Source of the DNA: a virus
Virus record (IMG/VR): IMGVR_UViG_3300006854_000005
Direction: 5' to 3' (one strand)
DNA: 60,130 bases
Shown here: positions 43,136-51,767 of the stretch, piece after piece
Layout of the letters: every line of letters begins with the position of its first letter
Position numbering within the stretch: the stretch's first letter is position 1
The notes under the pieces: model-generated
The model's input: only the letters and a program-made list of their open reading frames with translations
The model's database searches: none
What the model was told of the DNA's origin: nothing
Program-made: the position numbers and the translations under genes

Positions 43136-46100
43136 ATGCCGCTACTTCGCTCACCCAGCGGCGCCGTCATCGACGTTCCGGCCGAGCAGGTCGGCAACTA
43201 CGTCGGGTACGAGCCGGTCGAGGGCGCTGACGCGTCACGCGCGATTGCCGCACCTGAGTCACCCGATCGCGGCGTGCTCGGTGGCATCAACGCCGCGGCG
43301 ACCGGAATCCTCAGCGGCGCCACGCTCGGCCTGTCCGACTACGCGCTCAAGGGCCTGCTCGACAAGGGCGAGTTCGAGCGCCTCGCCTCAGAGCGCGAAG
43401 GTCATCCTGTCGCGAGCGGCATCGGACAGGTCGCGGGCGCAATTCTGCCGGCCGTCGCCGCACCCGGGTCGCTGCTCGGCAGCGCACCGTCTGGTCTCGT
43501 CTCGCACGCGCTCGCGCCGATGGTTGCCGAGGGCCGCGCGATCGGCGGCGCCGCGGGCGTCGGCCGGGTGCTCGCCGCGGGCGGTATCGAGGGCGCGGTC
43601 CAGAACGCCGGAATGTACCTGTCCGACACGGCGCTCGGCGACCGCGAGCTGTCGGCGGAGGGGTTGGCCGCATCGCTCGGGCCGGGGTTCGCGTTCGGCG
43701 TTGCCGGCGGCGCTGCGGCGCTCGGGATCGAGCATGGGACGATCGCAGCGCGGCGCCTGTTCTCGCGGGTCGGTGCCGCTGACAAGGCTGCGCTCGAGGC
43801 CGAATCGGCGTGGCAGGCGGCGCATCAGTCGACGCTCGAGGCGAATGACGCCGCGGCGGATATGGCGCGTGCGCGGCTGGCCGAGACGCGCGCCGCGCGC
43901 GAGCAGGCTCAGCTGGCCAAGCAGCGCGCGAAGCTGCGGGTGGTCGAGACCGAGCAGGCCGCGCCGCAGATCGACGCGACGTACAAGGCTGCATCGGTCG
44001 AGCGCGAGCAGGTCAGGGACGCGGCCAAGGCGGCATATGAGCAGGCCGCAACCCCGCCCGCTCAGCCCATCACGCCCCGCCTGCACGAGGGCCTCCGTGG
44101 CATGGGGCTCACCGACGCCGAGATCTCCGCCATGTCGCCGGCCGACCTCGCCGAGGCAACCCGGCTCATCGAGGGCGCCGACGCGGAGCTCGCGGCGATG
44201 CAGGGTGCCCGTCCACCCCTGCCCGAGGCGAAGGCCGCCGAGCTCGAGCAGGCCGTCGCGGAGCACGACGCCGCGCGCGCCGAGCTGGACGACATGCTGC
44301 GCCACCTCGAGGCGCCCGACATCGGCCCGGGTATCGCACCGCCATCGCGCGAGGTCCCGATCGGGGAGTTCGGGGCGCCTGGGCAGCGCGGCTACGACCC
44401 GGGCAACGTCAAGGCGCCAGGCCCGCCGTCGGTCGTCGAGGCACAGACCGTCGATGTCACCGCGGTCGGCAAGAGGAAGTTCGGGCAGGGCACACCGGCC
44501 GAAGGTGCCACGTTGGGCGGTCCGGTCGAGCGTACGCAGGCGCCGAGCGGTCGGGTTCTATCAGAAGGCGAGTTCCGCGAGCGGCAGCGGGCACTCCGAG
44601 CATCGCTTTCCGAGGGCGAGATCAAGCAATCCTTGCAGTACACTCGCGAAGACTACAACGACATCAACCGGTTCCTGCGCGGCGATAAACGCGTGCCCAA
44701 ACTCGGCGATCGCGAGGCCGAGATCATCCCCGCGCTGGATGCGATCATCGATCGATCGGTCCTCGGCGAGCCGATCGTGACCTACCGTGCGGCGCACTTT
44801 GACCCGCACGAAGTCGCGTTCGGTCTGAAACCAGGAGGCGTGTTCGAGGAGCCGGCATTCATGTCGACCTCGTATCGCCAGCACAATATCGGGCGGTTCG
44901 GAAACGTGGATTTCGTGATCACGTCTCCCGTGGGTACTCGAATAGCCCCGATACCGTCGTCGGCATCCGAGGGTGAGTTTCTCCTGCCACGCGGAACACG
45001 GCTGAGAATCACCAACAGGGTAGAGCACCCCGGAGTTGACGAGTTCGGACATCGCCACGTGACGCTCCACGCGACCGTTGAGCCCACCGCCGCGAAGGTC
45101 GCCCCGGCAGCCACCGACACCCTCACCGGCCAGATGCGCGCGATGCAGTCGCGTCTCGGGGCGGGCGAAGACCTCAAGGCGATGGGTGGATCGTCGCGCG
45201 CGGAGTACGCCGCAGCGAAGGCCGAGCGTACCGCGGCGGCAGCGGAGCACTTCCGGGGCGAGGCGATCGCGCGGCATGAGGTGCCCGAGTACGGCGCCCT
45301 GAAGTCGCAACTCGACAAGGCCGGTACCGACTACGTCGAGCAGTCTATTCCGGCCAGCAAGATCGCCGAGCGGGGCTACTACGAGCCGCCCGGTGGCGGG
45401 GCCGACGAGGTCAAGGCGGGCAAGGCCAAAGCGGCAATCGCAGAGGGACAGCGCGAGCCCATCACGCTAAACGTGACGCCGAGCGGGAAGATCGTCGTCG
45501 ACGATGGACGGCATCGGCTCGCGGCAGCGATCGATGCGGACGTCCCGGTCAAGGTGAAGTGGTCGACCGGATACGAGCCGAGCGCGGACATGGTGCGCCG
45601 CACTTCACCGTCCGATCCGTTCTTCGCCGACCTCACGCGCCCAAAGACGCGCGACGCGTACGTCGCGGCGAATATCGGCAGGGCGATGCGCGAAGAGGGG
45701 TCGCACGCTGCGGCGCTGACCAAGGTCGAGCGCGAGTGGGCGGACATGGGGGGTGCGCCGTCCGCGCGGACGGCTCAGCAGGAGGCACCGCAGACGTGGC
45801 GCGAGTTCACGGCCGGCAAGATTGGCGAGTACATGAAGTCCGAGGGCGGCCACGCGGGCGCGATGAAGCGGTTGGGCCAGGAGTGGCAAGAGATCAAGGC
45901 CGGAGGATCTGCGCGCGGTGTAGTCGCCCCAGCCGCAGCACAGAACGCCGTCGAGGACGTCGCGGCAGCTGCCGAGGTCGTCACCAAGTACGAGCGCGCG
46001 TCGGCCAAGCTGACCGATGTGCTCGGCCCAGAGGCACCGCCAGCGGCGCAGGAAGCGGCCAAGGCGTTCCGCGCGGCCGAGGATCACGCCGAGCGCAAGC

Positions 46101-47482
46101 AGATGGCTCGCACGACGCGCGCGATCGATGACAGCGTCGATTCGCAAGGTCGGCCGCGGACCGTGCTCGATGAGGGCCGCAAGAAGTCCGAGGCGAAGAT
46201 GGCGGCTGGGTCGACCGAACGCGAGGCGCGAGGCGCGCAACAGGCCGCTGCAGCCCCCGCGCGTCCGTCGTGGGAGCAGCTCGAGCAGCGCTACGGCAAG
46301 TACACTGGCCAGCCCGCGCTACCTCCGACGTCAGCGGAGGCACTTGCGGCGGCGAAGTCCGAGCATGGGGCTGCCGACGTCGCGCTCCAGCGCGCCAAGA
46401 TCGCCGAGACCGAGGCGGGGATCGGGTCGCGCGGCGCCGATGAGGACGCGACACAGGCCCGGGCCGCTGCAGAGGCCGCCCGCCCGCTGCCGGCGCCGCC
46501 GCCCTCGCCCTCAACGCTCGGCTCGATCGCCACGGCCATCGGGATCGCTGGTGAGGTCGGCATTCCAGGCGTGCCGCACCCGAAGGACATCCCGGTGATC
46601 GGCCCGCTGCTATCGATGTACCTCAAGTACAAGGCGCTGAAGTACGCCACCGGCCGCATGGTCGGCCGCGTCTCGGCCACCGGCGATGCGCGCGCGGCGG
46701 CGCTGGTCACGCGGACCAAGGAGAAGATCGCCGTCGCGGTCGACCGGACGCTCGGTCTCGTGGAGGCCGGCGCGAGCAGGGGGCGAGGCGGTATCGTCGC
46801 GGCGGCCACGGTGCTCGGTCATCGGGTATTCGACGACGGTGAGCCGGACGCCCCGACGGGCGCCAACGCGCAGCAGCTGGCAGCGGTGCGGATCCGCGAG
46901 ATCGCCAACGCGTCGACGCGGCCCGATCTGGTGTCCGCGCTGGTGCGCAAGGAGATGCGCGGCGTGGTCGACCCGGACCTCATCGAGGCGGCCGAGAAGC
47001 ACCTGACGGCCCGGTTCGAGGCGCTCGCCAAGGTCATGCCCAAGGCGCCACCGCCGAACCCCTACTCGAAGCGCGAGTGGCTCCCCTCGCCGGCCGCGGC
47101 GTACGAACTGTCGCAACGCCTCGCCGTCGTCCACGACCCGGAGCAGGCGTTCATCGACCCGACGCCAGCGAAGGCGCAGACCGCCGCGGCGGTCTACCCG
47201 AAGCTGCTCCAGTACGCGCAGCAGCGGCTCATGGACCGCATCGGCGACACGAGCAAGCCGGTCCCGTACGAGCAGCGACTCCGCGGGTCCCTCGTGTTCA
47301 AGGTTCCGCTCGACGATTCGCTGCAGCCAGATCATGCCGCGATCCTGGCGACCGCGCACGCACCGTCGCCGATCACCGATCCAGCGGCGCCGCAGCCCCA
47401 AGCGCCAGCGCCGTCCATCGCAGCCAACACCAACCTGACGTCCGTCTACCAGACGGGCACTGAACGACGAGCCATGAGGTGA
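43136..47482 (+). CDS. giant internal virion (gp16-position) polyvalent protein with ADP-ribosyltransferase and ParB-like domains, 1448 aa
   Basis: Gly-rich hydrophobic N-terminal segments. ART motifs: YTREDYNDINRFLRG (aa 502-516), R551, STS (aa 577-579), EGE-FLLPRG (E612/E614). ParB/Srx motif VVDDGRHRLAAAI (aa 787-799). Confidence 0.7.
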   Translation: MPLLRSPSGAVIDVPAEQVGNYVGYEPVEGADASRAIAAPESPDRGVLGGINAAATGILSGATLGLSDYALKGLLDKGEFERLASEREGHPVASGIGQVAGAILPAVAAPGSLLGSAPSGLVSHALAPMVAEGRAIGGAAGVGRVLAAGGIEGAVQNAGMYLSDTALGDRELSAEGLAASLGPGFAFGVAGGAAALGIEHGTIAARRLFSRVGAADKAALEAESAWQAAHQSTLEANDAAADMARARLAETRAAREQAQLAKQRAKLRVVETEQAAPQIDATYKAASVEREQVRDAAKAAYEQAATPPAQPITPRLHEGLRGMGLTDAEISAMSPADLAEATRLIEGADAELAAMQGARPPLPEAKAAELEQAVAEHDAARAELDDMLRHLEAPDIGPGIAPPSREVPIGEFGAPGQRGYDPGNVKAPGPPSVVEAQTVDVTAVGKRKFGQGTPAEGATLGGPVERTQAPSGRVLSEGEFRERQRALRASLSEGEIKQSLQYTREDYNDINRFLRGDKRVPKLGDREAEIIPALDAIIDRSVLGEPIVTYRAAHFDPHEVAFGLKPGGVFEEPAFMSTSYRQHNIGRFGNVDFVITSPVGTRIAPIPSSASEGEFLLPRGTRLRITNRVEHPGVDEFGHRHVTLHATVEPTAAKVAPAATDTLTGQMRAMQSRLGAGEDLKAMGGSSRAEYAAAKAERTAAAAEHFRGEAIARHEVPEYGALKSQLDKAGTDYVEQSIPASKIAERGYYEPPGGGADEVKAGKAKAAIAEGQREPITLNVTPSGKIVVDDGRHRLAAAIDADVPVKVKWSTGYEPSADMVRRTSPSDPFFADLTRPKTRDAYVAANIGRAMREEGSHAAALTKVEREWADMGGAPSARTAQQEAPQTWREFTAGKIGEYMKSEGGHAGAMKRLGQEWQEIKAGGSARGVVAPAAAQNAVEDVAAAAEVVTKYERASAKLTDVLGPEAPPAAQEAAKAFRAAEDHAERKQMARTTRAIDDSVDSQGRPRTVLDEGRKKSEAKMAAGSTEREARGAQQAAAAPARPSWEQLEQRYGKYTGQPALPPTSAEALAAAKSEHGAADVALQRAKIAETEAGIGSRGADEDATQARAAAEAARPLPAPPPSPSTLGSIATAIGIAGEVGIPGVPHPKDIPVIGPLLSMYLKYKALKYATGRMVGRVSATGDARAAALVTRTKEKIAVAVDRTLGLVEAGASRGRGGIVAAATVLGHRVFDDGEPDAPTGANAQQLAAVRIREIANASTRPDLVSALVRKEMRGVVDPDLIEAAEKHLTARFEALAKVMPKAPPPNPYSKREWLPSPAAAYELSQRLAVVHDPEQAFIDPTPAKAQTAAAVYPKLLQYAQQRLMDRIGDTSKPVPYEQRLRGSLVFKVPLDDSLQPDHAAILATAHAPSPITDPAAPQPQAPAPSIAANTNLTSVYQTGTERRAMR

Positions 47483-47485
47483 CCT

Positions 47486-47956
47486 ATGGGACGCAAAGGA
47501 CGAGCAGGCGGACGATACGTCACGCCGATCAAGAGCGACGGTACCGAGCCGGCACAGGACGGAGGCCGCGGCGTGTTCACGCTGGCCTCGGGCTCAACGT
47601 ACTACTACATCCTGGGCGGAGGCGACGCCTCGTTCATCAGCGGAACGTTCACCGGCTATGATGCCGCGGCGATCATTACGTCGGCGACCGTCCAGGACAC
47701 CGACCACGGCGAACTCGACGTCACCAACCTCAACGCGGTCGTCGGCGACTGGATCAGTGAGGATCCATCAACCGCGTTCGTCGGTGCCGATGGCGCTGGT
47801 TGGGTGGTGACAAACGGCGTGCTCGCAGTCGCTGGAGGTGCCGTCGGGGGCGCTCGGTTCAACGTCGCGGAGACCGCGGCGGCGCGAACTCGTATTGCGG
47901 TTGCGGTCGGCGGGACAGGCGGCAAGTTCCGAATGAGCGCCAACGGGAAGGACTGA
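47486..47956 (+). CDS. hypothetical virion protein, 156 aa
   Basis: Track ORF with GAGGTG upstream. Confidence 0.5.
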   Translation: MGRKGRAGGRYVTPIKSDGTEPAQDGGRGVFTLASGSTYYYILGGGDASFISGTFTGYDAAAIITSATVQDTDHGELDVTNLNAVVGDWISEDPSTAFVGADGAGWVVTNGVLAVAGGAVGGARFNVAETAAARTRIAVAVGGTGGKFRMSANGKD

Positions 47957-49503
47957 TGTTCAAAATCAGCATAAGGCTCGGACCGCGCCTCGGCGTCGGA
48001 ATCGGAGGAACCACAGATGGATTCGCTCCGGTGGCACCCGGGCCAGGTCTCGTGTTCTTCGCCGGCAGCTCCGGGGCGCAGGGACTGGCCACCGCCACAA
48101 ACTTCACGGACTACCCTGGGATCGACGCGGCGTATGCCGGATTTCAGTTCATGCGAACCGGTGCGCTGCTCAGCGGCGCCAACGGCGGATCCTGGACCAG
48201 CGAGACCAAGCAGGACCTGCAGCCGCGCACGACGACGATCGGCGCGCCATATATCGTCGGCACGGCCGGCTACGAACTCAAGCTCGGGCGCGATCTAGAT
48301 GCGGCCAACGCAAACGCATGGGGCGGGGCGACGTTCACCACTGACGCAGCATCGCTGCACAGTACGCTGCACTTCCTGAATCCCGCGTGGCCGACCGTCG
48401 GCGATCAGTGGGTCGTGCGGCTGTGCACGGCAATTCAGGCTGCCATCGAAGCCCACGGCAAGCCGCTCAAGGTGTTCGTCTGGGATCATGGCAACGACGC
48501 GTCCGATGGGACGGCGACGGCAGCGTACTACACGAACCTCGTCTATCTATTCAACGTCGTTCGGCAACGCTTCGGCAACGTTGGTATCGTTGTCATGCGG
48601 CTGTCGAACCGCAGCACCTTCGGCGGTGGCATCAACGCCGTGCGAGACGCGATGGAGTCGTTCGCGATGCGCCCCGAGAATGGGCGCGTTGCCGTGACAT
48701 ACATCGACGAGTGCTCTCTGCGAGACACCGCCCACCTAGCCGACGACGCCGCCGGCGTGCTCGGCTACTGCGAGGCCGGCAAGCGACTCGCGGTGGCGGT
48801 GATCGCCGCAGCCAACGACACGGTGCACCCCACCACATCACCGTGGTGGGGTGTGCAGGCAGTTCCACAGGTCGCCGGTTCGACGGCGTTCGCGAATCCC
48901 ATCCCGTACCCGAACTTCTACGGCAGCGCCAATAACAAGGCAGACATCGGCGTGCTCTGGTACTCGGGCGCAGGGAACACCCCCATCACCGCGCCGACCG
49001 GCTGGACGCAGGTAACAGGGTCGCCGGTGTGGGGTGGCGCAGTAACCGACGCGCGATTGCACGTGTTCACGCGGACGCTGCAGTCCGGTGACACCCCCCC
49101 GACGATTGCGGACGTGGCAGGCGATGGTGAGAAGTCGGCCGGCATCTTCGTGATCCGCAACTCGAGCGGGCTCGACGTCAACCCGACGACGGCCACCGTT
49201 CCGATCGCCGCTCCGTCGGCCTCGGTGTCCTGGCCGGCGATCACACCGGCCAGCACGAACTGCCTGATCGTGCACATCCTGGCACACGGCATCGACGCGG
49301 CGACACCACAGCTCGGCGGGCTGACGAATGCGGGACTGACCGGGCTCATCAAGCACGTGGACTACTGTTCGGTGACGAACTCCGGTACCGGATGCGTGGT
49401 CGGTGCCGGCGTGCGCGCGTCGGCGACTGACACGGGCGCCACGACTGGCACGCTGCTGGCCGCGGACACGCAAGCGCTGATGACCCTGGCGTTCAAATTA
49501 TGA
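47956..49503 (+). CDS. tail protein with SGNH / sialate-O-acetylesterase-like carbohydrate esterase domain
   Basis: Track ORF 47800..49503 trimmed to MFKISIRL, giving 515 aa. Blocks VFFAGSSGAQG, VWDHGNDAS and DTAHLADDAAGVLGYCEAGKRLA match the pattern of that esterase family. Confidence 0.5.
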   Translation: MFKISIRLGPRLGVGIGGTTDGFAPVAPGPGLVFFAGSSGAQGLATATNFTDYPGIDAAYAGFQFMRTGALLSGANGGSWTSETKQDLQPRTTTIGAPYIVGTAGYELKLGRDLDAANANAWGGATFTTDAASLHSTLHFLNPAWPTVGDQWVVRLCTAIQAAIEAHGKPLKVFVWDHGNDASDGTATAAYYTNLVYLFNVVRQRFGNVGIVVMRLSNRSTFGGGINAVRDAMESFAMRPENGRVAVTYIDECSLRDTAHLADDAAGVLGYCEAGKRLAVAVIAAANDTVHPTTSPWWGVQAVPQVAGSTAFANPIPYPNFYGSANNKADIGVLWYSGAGNTPITAPTGWTQVTGSPVWGGAVTDARLHVFTRTLQSGDTPPTIADVAGDGEKSAGIFVIRNSSGLDVNPTTATVPIAAPSASVSWPAITPASTNCLIVHILAHGIDAATPQLGGLTNAGLTGLIKHVDYCSVTNSGTGCVVGAGVRASATDTGATTGTLLAADTQALMTLAFKL

Positions 49504-50189
49504 CCGACGACAACGGAGACGACTTCGACGACAAGGTTACCCCGGGCCATGGCACCGGGGCCGGTCGCACCCCGAAGTCCTGGCGCATGTCGGACTCCGA
49601 GCGCGAGCGGCACCGTCGATCGTGGGCCCGCGGCGTGCCCGTCGTGCGGCCCGAACCGGACGACGAGGTTACCGCACCGCTCGAGCTGCTGCTCAACGGC
49701 CAGCTCGACGTCGACGACTACGCGCAGGTCGAGGCGCTGCGGCGCTCGGCGGATGACGTTTACGTCCTGATGCTCAATCTCGCGCGGGCGATCTCGAGGC
49801 ACCGCGACAAGGAGAAGAGTGGGCAGAAGGAGATCGAGAAGCAGGTGGTCGCGGCGATCGACAAGCAGGCGAGGCAGATGGCCGATCTGAGCACGCAGGT
49901 CGCCGACATCGCCGGCCGGGTCGCACCGATCGAGAACACCGTTCGCTCCGTCAAGGGCATCGGCTGGAAGGCCGCAGTTGCCGTGGTGACCGCCCTCGTC
50001 GGCAGCGCCGCGGCCATCATCGCTACGCTGCAGGCCAAGGCAGAGCGCGACGGGATCATGATCGAGCGCGTTCTTACGATCCAGCGCGACATCGCCGAGC
50101 TCAAGGCCGCGCGGATCAGCACCGATCACCGACGGGACTACGACTACGACATCACCCCGCGGCCTGCGCCGCCAAAGAAGGACCCATGA
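49500..50189 (+). CDS. hypothetical protein, 229 aa, coiled-coil with one C-proximal transmembrane helix
   Basis: ATGA-coupled start. TM segment WKAAVAVVTALVGSAAAIIATL. Confidence 0.5.
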   Translation: MTDDNGDDFDDKVTPGHGTGAGRTPKSWRMSDSERERHRRSWARGVPVVRPEPDDEVTAPLELLLNGQLDVDDYAQVEALRRSADDVYVLMLNLARAISRHRDKEKSGQKEIEKQVVAAIDKQARQMADLSTQVADIAGRVAPIENTVRSVKGIGWKAAVAVVTALVGSAAAIIATLQAKAERDGIMIERVLTIQRDIAELKAARISTDHRRDYDYDITPRPAPPKKDP

Positions 50190-50614
50190 ACACGCACCGC
50201 AGAGTTGCACTCGTCTCCCTTACGCTCCTCGGCACGGCCATCGCGTACCTGCTTGTCACGATGCTCGCCTCGCTCATCGGCTGGGCCGTCGCGCACGCGG
50301 ACGCCGGCGCAGTCGCTGCCGACCCCGGGATCCCCGTCGGAAAATACGGCTGGTGGGGTGGAGTGCTCGTCGCCTACGTCGCGGTCCGGTGGCTGCTCAA
50401 GCGGAACGAGAGCGAAGCCTGGCTCGCGCACGGGCGCACACTGTCGCTCCTGACCGCGGTGCTGAGCGTCGTCGGCTCGGTGATCGGGTGGCGGCTCGGC
50501 ATGGCCCCCGACACGATCGGGTTCGCAGTGGCCGGCGCGGTTCCGCTCGCGATCCCGTCGACGGTGACGCCTCGCCCGGCGCCCGTCACGGCTTCCGGCG
50601 AGACGAACGGATGA
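50186..50614 (+). CDS. multi-pass membrane protein, 142 aa (holin candidate)
   Basis: ATGA-coupled start. About four hydrophobic helices. Sits at the end of the late operon. Confidence 0.4.
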   Translation: MNTHRRVALVSLTLLGTAIAYLLVTMLASLIGWAVAHADAGAVAADPGIPVGKYGWWGGVLVAYVAVRWLLKRNESEAWLAHGRTLSLLTAVLSVVGSVIGWRLGMAPDTIGFAVAGAVPLAIPSTVTPRPAPVTASGETNG

Positions 50615-50740
50615 GCGCCACCACCACGAAGATCGCGGCTGCGGCGACCGCGCCCATGCCGATGTACATCCACGCCTCGCTCGTCATGCCCGGAACGTAA
50701 TCGGGAGTGACTTCTCGCGCTACCCACTGAAAGGACCCAA

Positions 50741-51151
50741 GTGCTGCTCCGAACCGTAATCGCTGTGCTCTCCGCTACCATCTGGTGGACCCTCGCCATC
50801 TCGTGCACCAAGACCAAGCCCTACACCGACTCCGCCGGTCACGCCGTCATCGACTGCGGCAAGCAGGACCTGACCGCGATCGCCGCCCTGGCCGCGGATC
50901 TCGGTGCGCGCGCCGCGCTGGCTGGCCACGTCGACTGGGATGCGATCGAGACCGCCGCGAAGGGCGCGGGGTTGGGCGTCGGGTCGTGCGCGCTCGCCGA
51001 GTTCCTGCGCGCGATCCGCAAGCAGCCGTTGCCCCAGGTCGCAGCGATGACAGGCGGACCGGTGCCGGACCTCGTGGCACTGGGCCAGGCGGCACTCGCG
51101 CGGGTCAGCGGTGGGGCGAGCGTGAAGCTGGCGGACGGGACGACTCTCTAG
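50741..51151 (+). CDS. putative lipoprotein, 136 aa (spanin-like position)
   Basis: GTG start with AAAGGA upstream. The signal MLLRTVIAVLSATIWWTLAISC ends in a lipobox-like AISC. Confidence 0.4.
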   Translation: MLLRTVIAVLSATIWWTLAISCTKTKPYTDSAGHAVIDCGKQDLTAIAALAADLGARAALAGHVDWDAIETAAKGAGLGVGSCALAEFLRAIRKQPLPQVAAMTGGPVPDLVALGQAALARVSGGASVKLADGTTL

Positions 51152-51615
51152 AGCGGCAGCACGTTCGAATTCGGGCGCGCCTCGCGCTGCAGGATCCGGT
51201 ACGCGATCCAACGCGCCACGTTGTCGACGTCCTTGTCGGATCCACGGTCGAGGTGATCCATGTATTCGCCGATAAGACCGGAGACGTCCCCGGACACCGA
51301 GTCGTATCCCCTACACAGCACCATCGACGCACGGATCTTCACGCGCTCCACGAGCGAGGCAAACCACAGAGACGTGGCCGCCCCGTGATGTGCGATCGTG
51401 CGCCACTGGCCACGGAGCCAGCATCTACACCGACACCTGCCGTAGCCGCGCGTTCCACTCCGCGCTCGCATCGTGCACTCGGGGTCGTCTGCCCAGAGCA
51501 GATCTCCGTTGGCGCGGAACACCGGCTCCCAGTCCAGCGTCGGCGCCACGTCGCGGTCCCACATGACCACCGCGTCAGGCCAGCGCTCGCCGATCTCGGT
51601 CCAGTTGAGCGACAT
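51148..51615 (-). CDS. hypothetical protein, 155 aa
   Basis: Track ORF 51148..51678 trimmed to MSLNWTE. Its stop overlaps the stop of the convergent plus-strand gene at CTAG (51148-51151). Confidence 0.5.
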   Translation of the reverse strand: MSLNWTEIGERWPDAVVMWDRDVAPTLDWEPVFRANGDLLWADDPECTMRARSGTRGYGRCRCRCWLRGQWRTIAHHGAATSLWFASLVERVKIRASMVLCRGYDSVSGDVSGLIGEYMDHLDRGSDKDVDNVARWIAYRILQREARPNSNVLPL

Positions 51616-51767
51616 CAGTTCATCCGCACATCGTCCGGCTTCGGCACAAACCACAGGATCTTCGGCCCATCGAAGCACGGCATGCAGATGATGCCGTCAG
51701 GTTCGCGGCGGCAGTTCTGCTCCGGGTGCATGGGGCGCTTGCAGCGGGTGCAGTGGCCGCGGGTCAC
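51615..51767 (-). CDS. zinc-ribbon protein, 50 aa
   Basis: Below the track cutoff. VTRGHCTRCKRPMHPEQNCRREPDGIICMPCFDGPKILWFVPKPDDVRMN. GTGA-coupled start, and its stop shares one base with the next ATG. Confidence 0.4.
   Translation of the reverse strand: MTRGHCTRCKRPMHPEQNCRREPDGIICMPCFDGPKILWFVPKPDDVRMN

Noticed and set aside
50586-50700. Two mutually exclusive mini-ORFs: a plus-strand 29-aa ORF with an ATGA-coupled start at 50611, and a minus-strand 33-aa TM peptide at 50586-50687
   Set aside because: Both have high GC3 and I cannot decide between them from sequence alone. Neither is listed as a feature.
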